This document shows positions 62,547-64,000 of a DNA stretch of 64,000 nt, piece by piece. Origin of the DNA: a virus; the IMG/VR virus record IMGVR_UViG_3300031566_000016, positions 11,154 to 75,153 of that record. The stretch is one strand, 5' to 3'. The stretch's first letter is position 1; each line of letters starts with the position of its first letter. Position numbers and translations under genes: made by a program. The notes under the pieces are model-generated. The model saw only the letters and a program-made list of their open reading frames with translations. It had not been told where the DNA came from and did no database searches.

Positions 62547-63929
62547 CTATCCGCCCTTGGCTTCCGCCATCTTGGCCTTCGCCACCGTGAGGATCATCGT
62601 GAAGATCTCCTCCCGATGCTCGTCCTTCTGGATCGCCGCCCAGGTCTTGTCGCCATGCCCGGCCGCCTCCTTGAGCGCATCGCGGCCCGCACCAGCCAGT
62701 TCGCCCTTGTGCTCCCCGATCCACTTGCTGATGTCGCCGGCCGTCCCCGTAGCGCACAGGGCCGCTTCATCCTCGGTCAGCGCCAGCGGATCGTCCTCGT
62801 CAGCCACGCCCTCGCCTTCAGCCTCGCCCGCATCATCCTCGTCCTCCTCCGGCAGGTCCAGCGCGTCCTCCGCCTCCCACAACCCCTGCTCGACCATGTA
62901 CAACTTCATCTGCTCGGTGGCGGGTCCGCCCGTGGGGCCGTACTGGAACCACGGCTGGTCTTCGGGAACGATCTCCGCGTCCGTCACGCCATCGTCATCG
63001 GCCGCGGGTGCGGGCGCTGCCGCTTCGGTCTCCTCCCCCTCGGCCAGGTCCTCCAGCCGTTCCACGGTGCCCGTAGGCACGTTTCCGGCTCCGAACACGC
63101 CCTCGATGGGGTCAGGGCCCACTGGCTCCGCCGGCGGGGCTACGGGAGCCTTCTGCTTGCGCGCACGGGGCTTCGGCGAGGGCAGGCTCGCCACGGCGGG
63201 TTCCTCGTCGGATACCTCGATCTTCACGAGCCGCGTCCCCTCCTCGCCATCCGGATGTTCCTCATAGCCGAGTTCCTCCGGGAGGTACGTCTTGTTGAGC
63301 ACCTCGGGGGCGTATCGCCGCACAACCCGCGTCGTCGCCCGGGCGATCAGCATGTCCTCGGGGTTCTTCTGGTAGCCCCCGTAGGCCATCGTTAGGCCGG
63401 CCTTCACCGCTTCTTCGATGTTGTAGGTCGCGGACCACTCACAGGACGGGTCGTCACGACGCCATAGAATCGCGGTCACGTATGATGGCGACTTGCCGTG
63501 CCCGGCAACACTGCCTTGCTTGTTGAAGAGCGCGAAGTCCATGATCTCTTCGCTGATGTCCAGCCGATACTCGTAGCCGAACTGGTGGAGTCGGGCCCGC
63601 ATGATCTCGGCCGAGATCGACATGGCCGATCCCACCATGCGGAGGTGCCGCGACGCCGACGAGGGGGAGAGTCCGAAGTCGAGACCAGCGAGGATGATGG
63701 CGAAGATGTCAGCCGGTTCACCGGGTTCTGTGAACCACTTCTCTGCCTTCGTCTCGGGGTCGTACTTCTTGAACTTCTTGGCGAATCCGGCTGACTTAGA
63801 CAGCTTCTCCGACACCCACCATAGGCGATCCAGGTACTCTAGTTCAGGCAGGGGTGGGGCCACCTGGGGCGTCATCGCCTCGGTCGTCGCAGTGCGCACC
63901 ATCTGCGTCTCGGGCTTGTCTGTTGCCAT
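62547..63929 (-). CDS. RecT/Red-beta-like single-strand annealing protein with long acidic tail
   Basis: IILAGLDFGLSP...YQKNPEDMLIARATTRVVRRYAPEVL...PEE. Confidence 0.75.
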   Translation of the reverse strand: MATDKPETQMVRTATTEAMTPQVAPPLPELEYLDRLWWVSEKLSKSAGFAKKFKKYDPETKAEKWFTEPGEPADIFAIILAGLDFGLSPSSASRHLRMVGSAMSISAEIMRARLHQFGYEYRLDISEEIMDFALFNKQGSVAGHGKSPSYVTAILWRRDDPSCEWSATYNIEEAVKAGLTMAYGGYQKNPEDMLIARATTRVVRRYAPEVLNKTYLPEELGYEEHPDGEEGTRLVKIEVSDEEPAVASLPSPKPRARKQKAPVAPPAEPVGPDPIEGVFGAGNVPTGTVERLEDLAEGEETEAAAPAPAADDDGVTDAEIVPEDQPWFQYGPTGGPATEQMKLYMVEQGLWEAEDALDLPEEDEDDAGEAEGEGVADEDDPLALTEDEAALCATGTAGDISKWIGEHKGELAGAGRDALKEAAGHGDKTWAAIQKDEHREEIFTMILTVAKAKMAEAKGG

Positions 63930-64000
63930 GCTCTCAGTCTCCTTGATGCTCGTCTGCTGCGGCGGCGCTACGGCCGCCGGATGCGGCGTGTTCTCTCTCG

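Noticed and set aside
1-64000. tRNA/rRNA genes and an attP site
   Set aside because: No cloverleaf or rRNA signature recognised by eye; att core cannot be defined without host sequence

Overview
A 64 kb, GC-rich, gene-dense segment of a tailed dsDNA phage genome, most likely a siphovirus: it has a tape measure gene, a tail tube gene, a frameshifted tail chaperone and no sheath gene. No host housekeeping genes are visible. There are three transcription blocks. (1) 39.6 kb to 1, minus strand: DNA methyltransferase, SSB and small genes, then terminase, Dam-like MTase, Mu-like portal and protease, capsid, neck, tail and a long set of fibre-like genes. It ends in a glycosyltransferase / three methyltransferase / B12-radical-SAM cluster that runs off the left edge. 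(2) 40.3 to 51 kb, plus strand: a near-consensus sigma70 promoter drives an array of tiny ORFs separated by a family of repeated intergenic elements, followed by a catalytic-domain-only tyrosine recombinase. (3) 64 to 51 kb, minus strand: recombination and replication genes (RecT-like, double-OB SSB-like, HNH, initiator with internal iterons, primase-polymerase/DnaB fusion, RusA) plus two cell-wall-hydrolase-like genes. The main points of interest are the glycan-modification cluster downstream of the fibre genes, the repeat-punctuated small-gene cassette array, and three promoter-proximal structured RNA leaders. All functional calls come from motifs and gene order read by eye; no searches were run.
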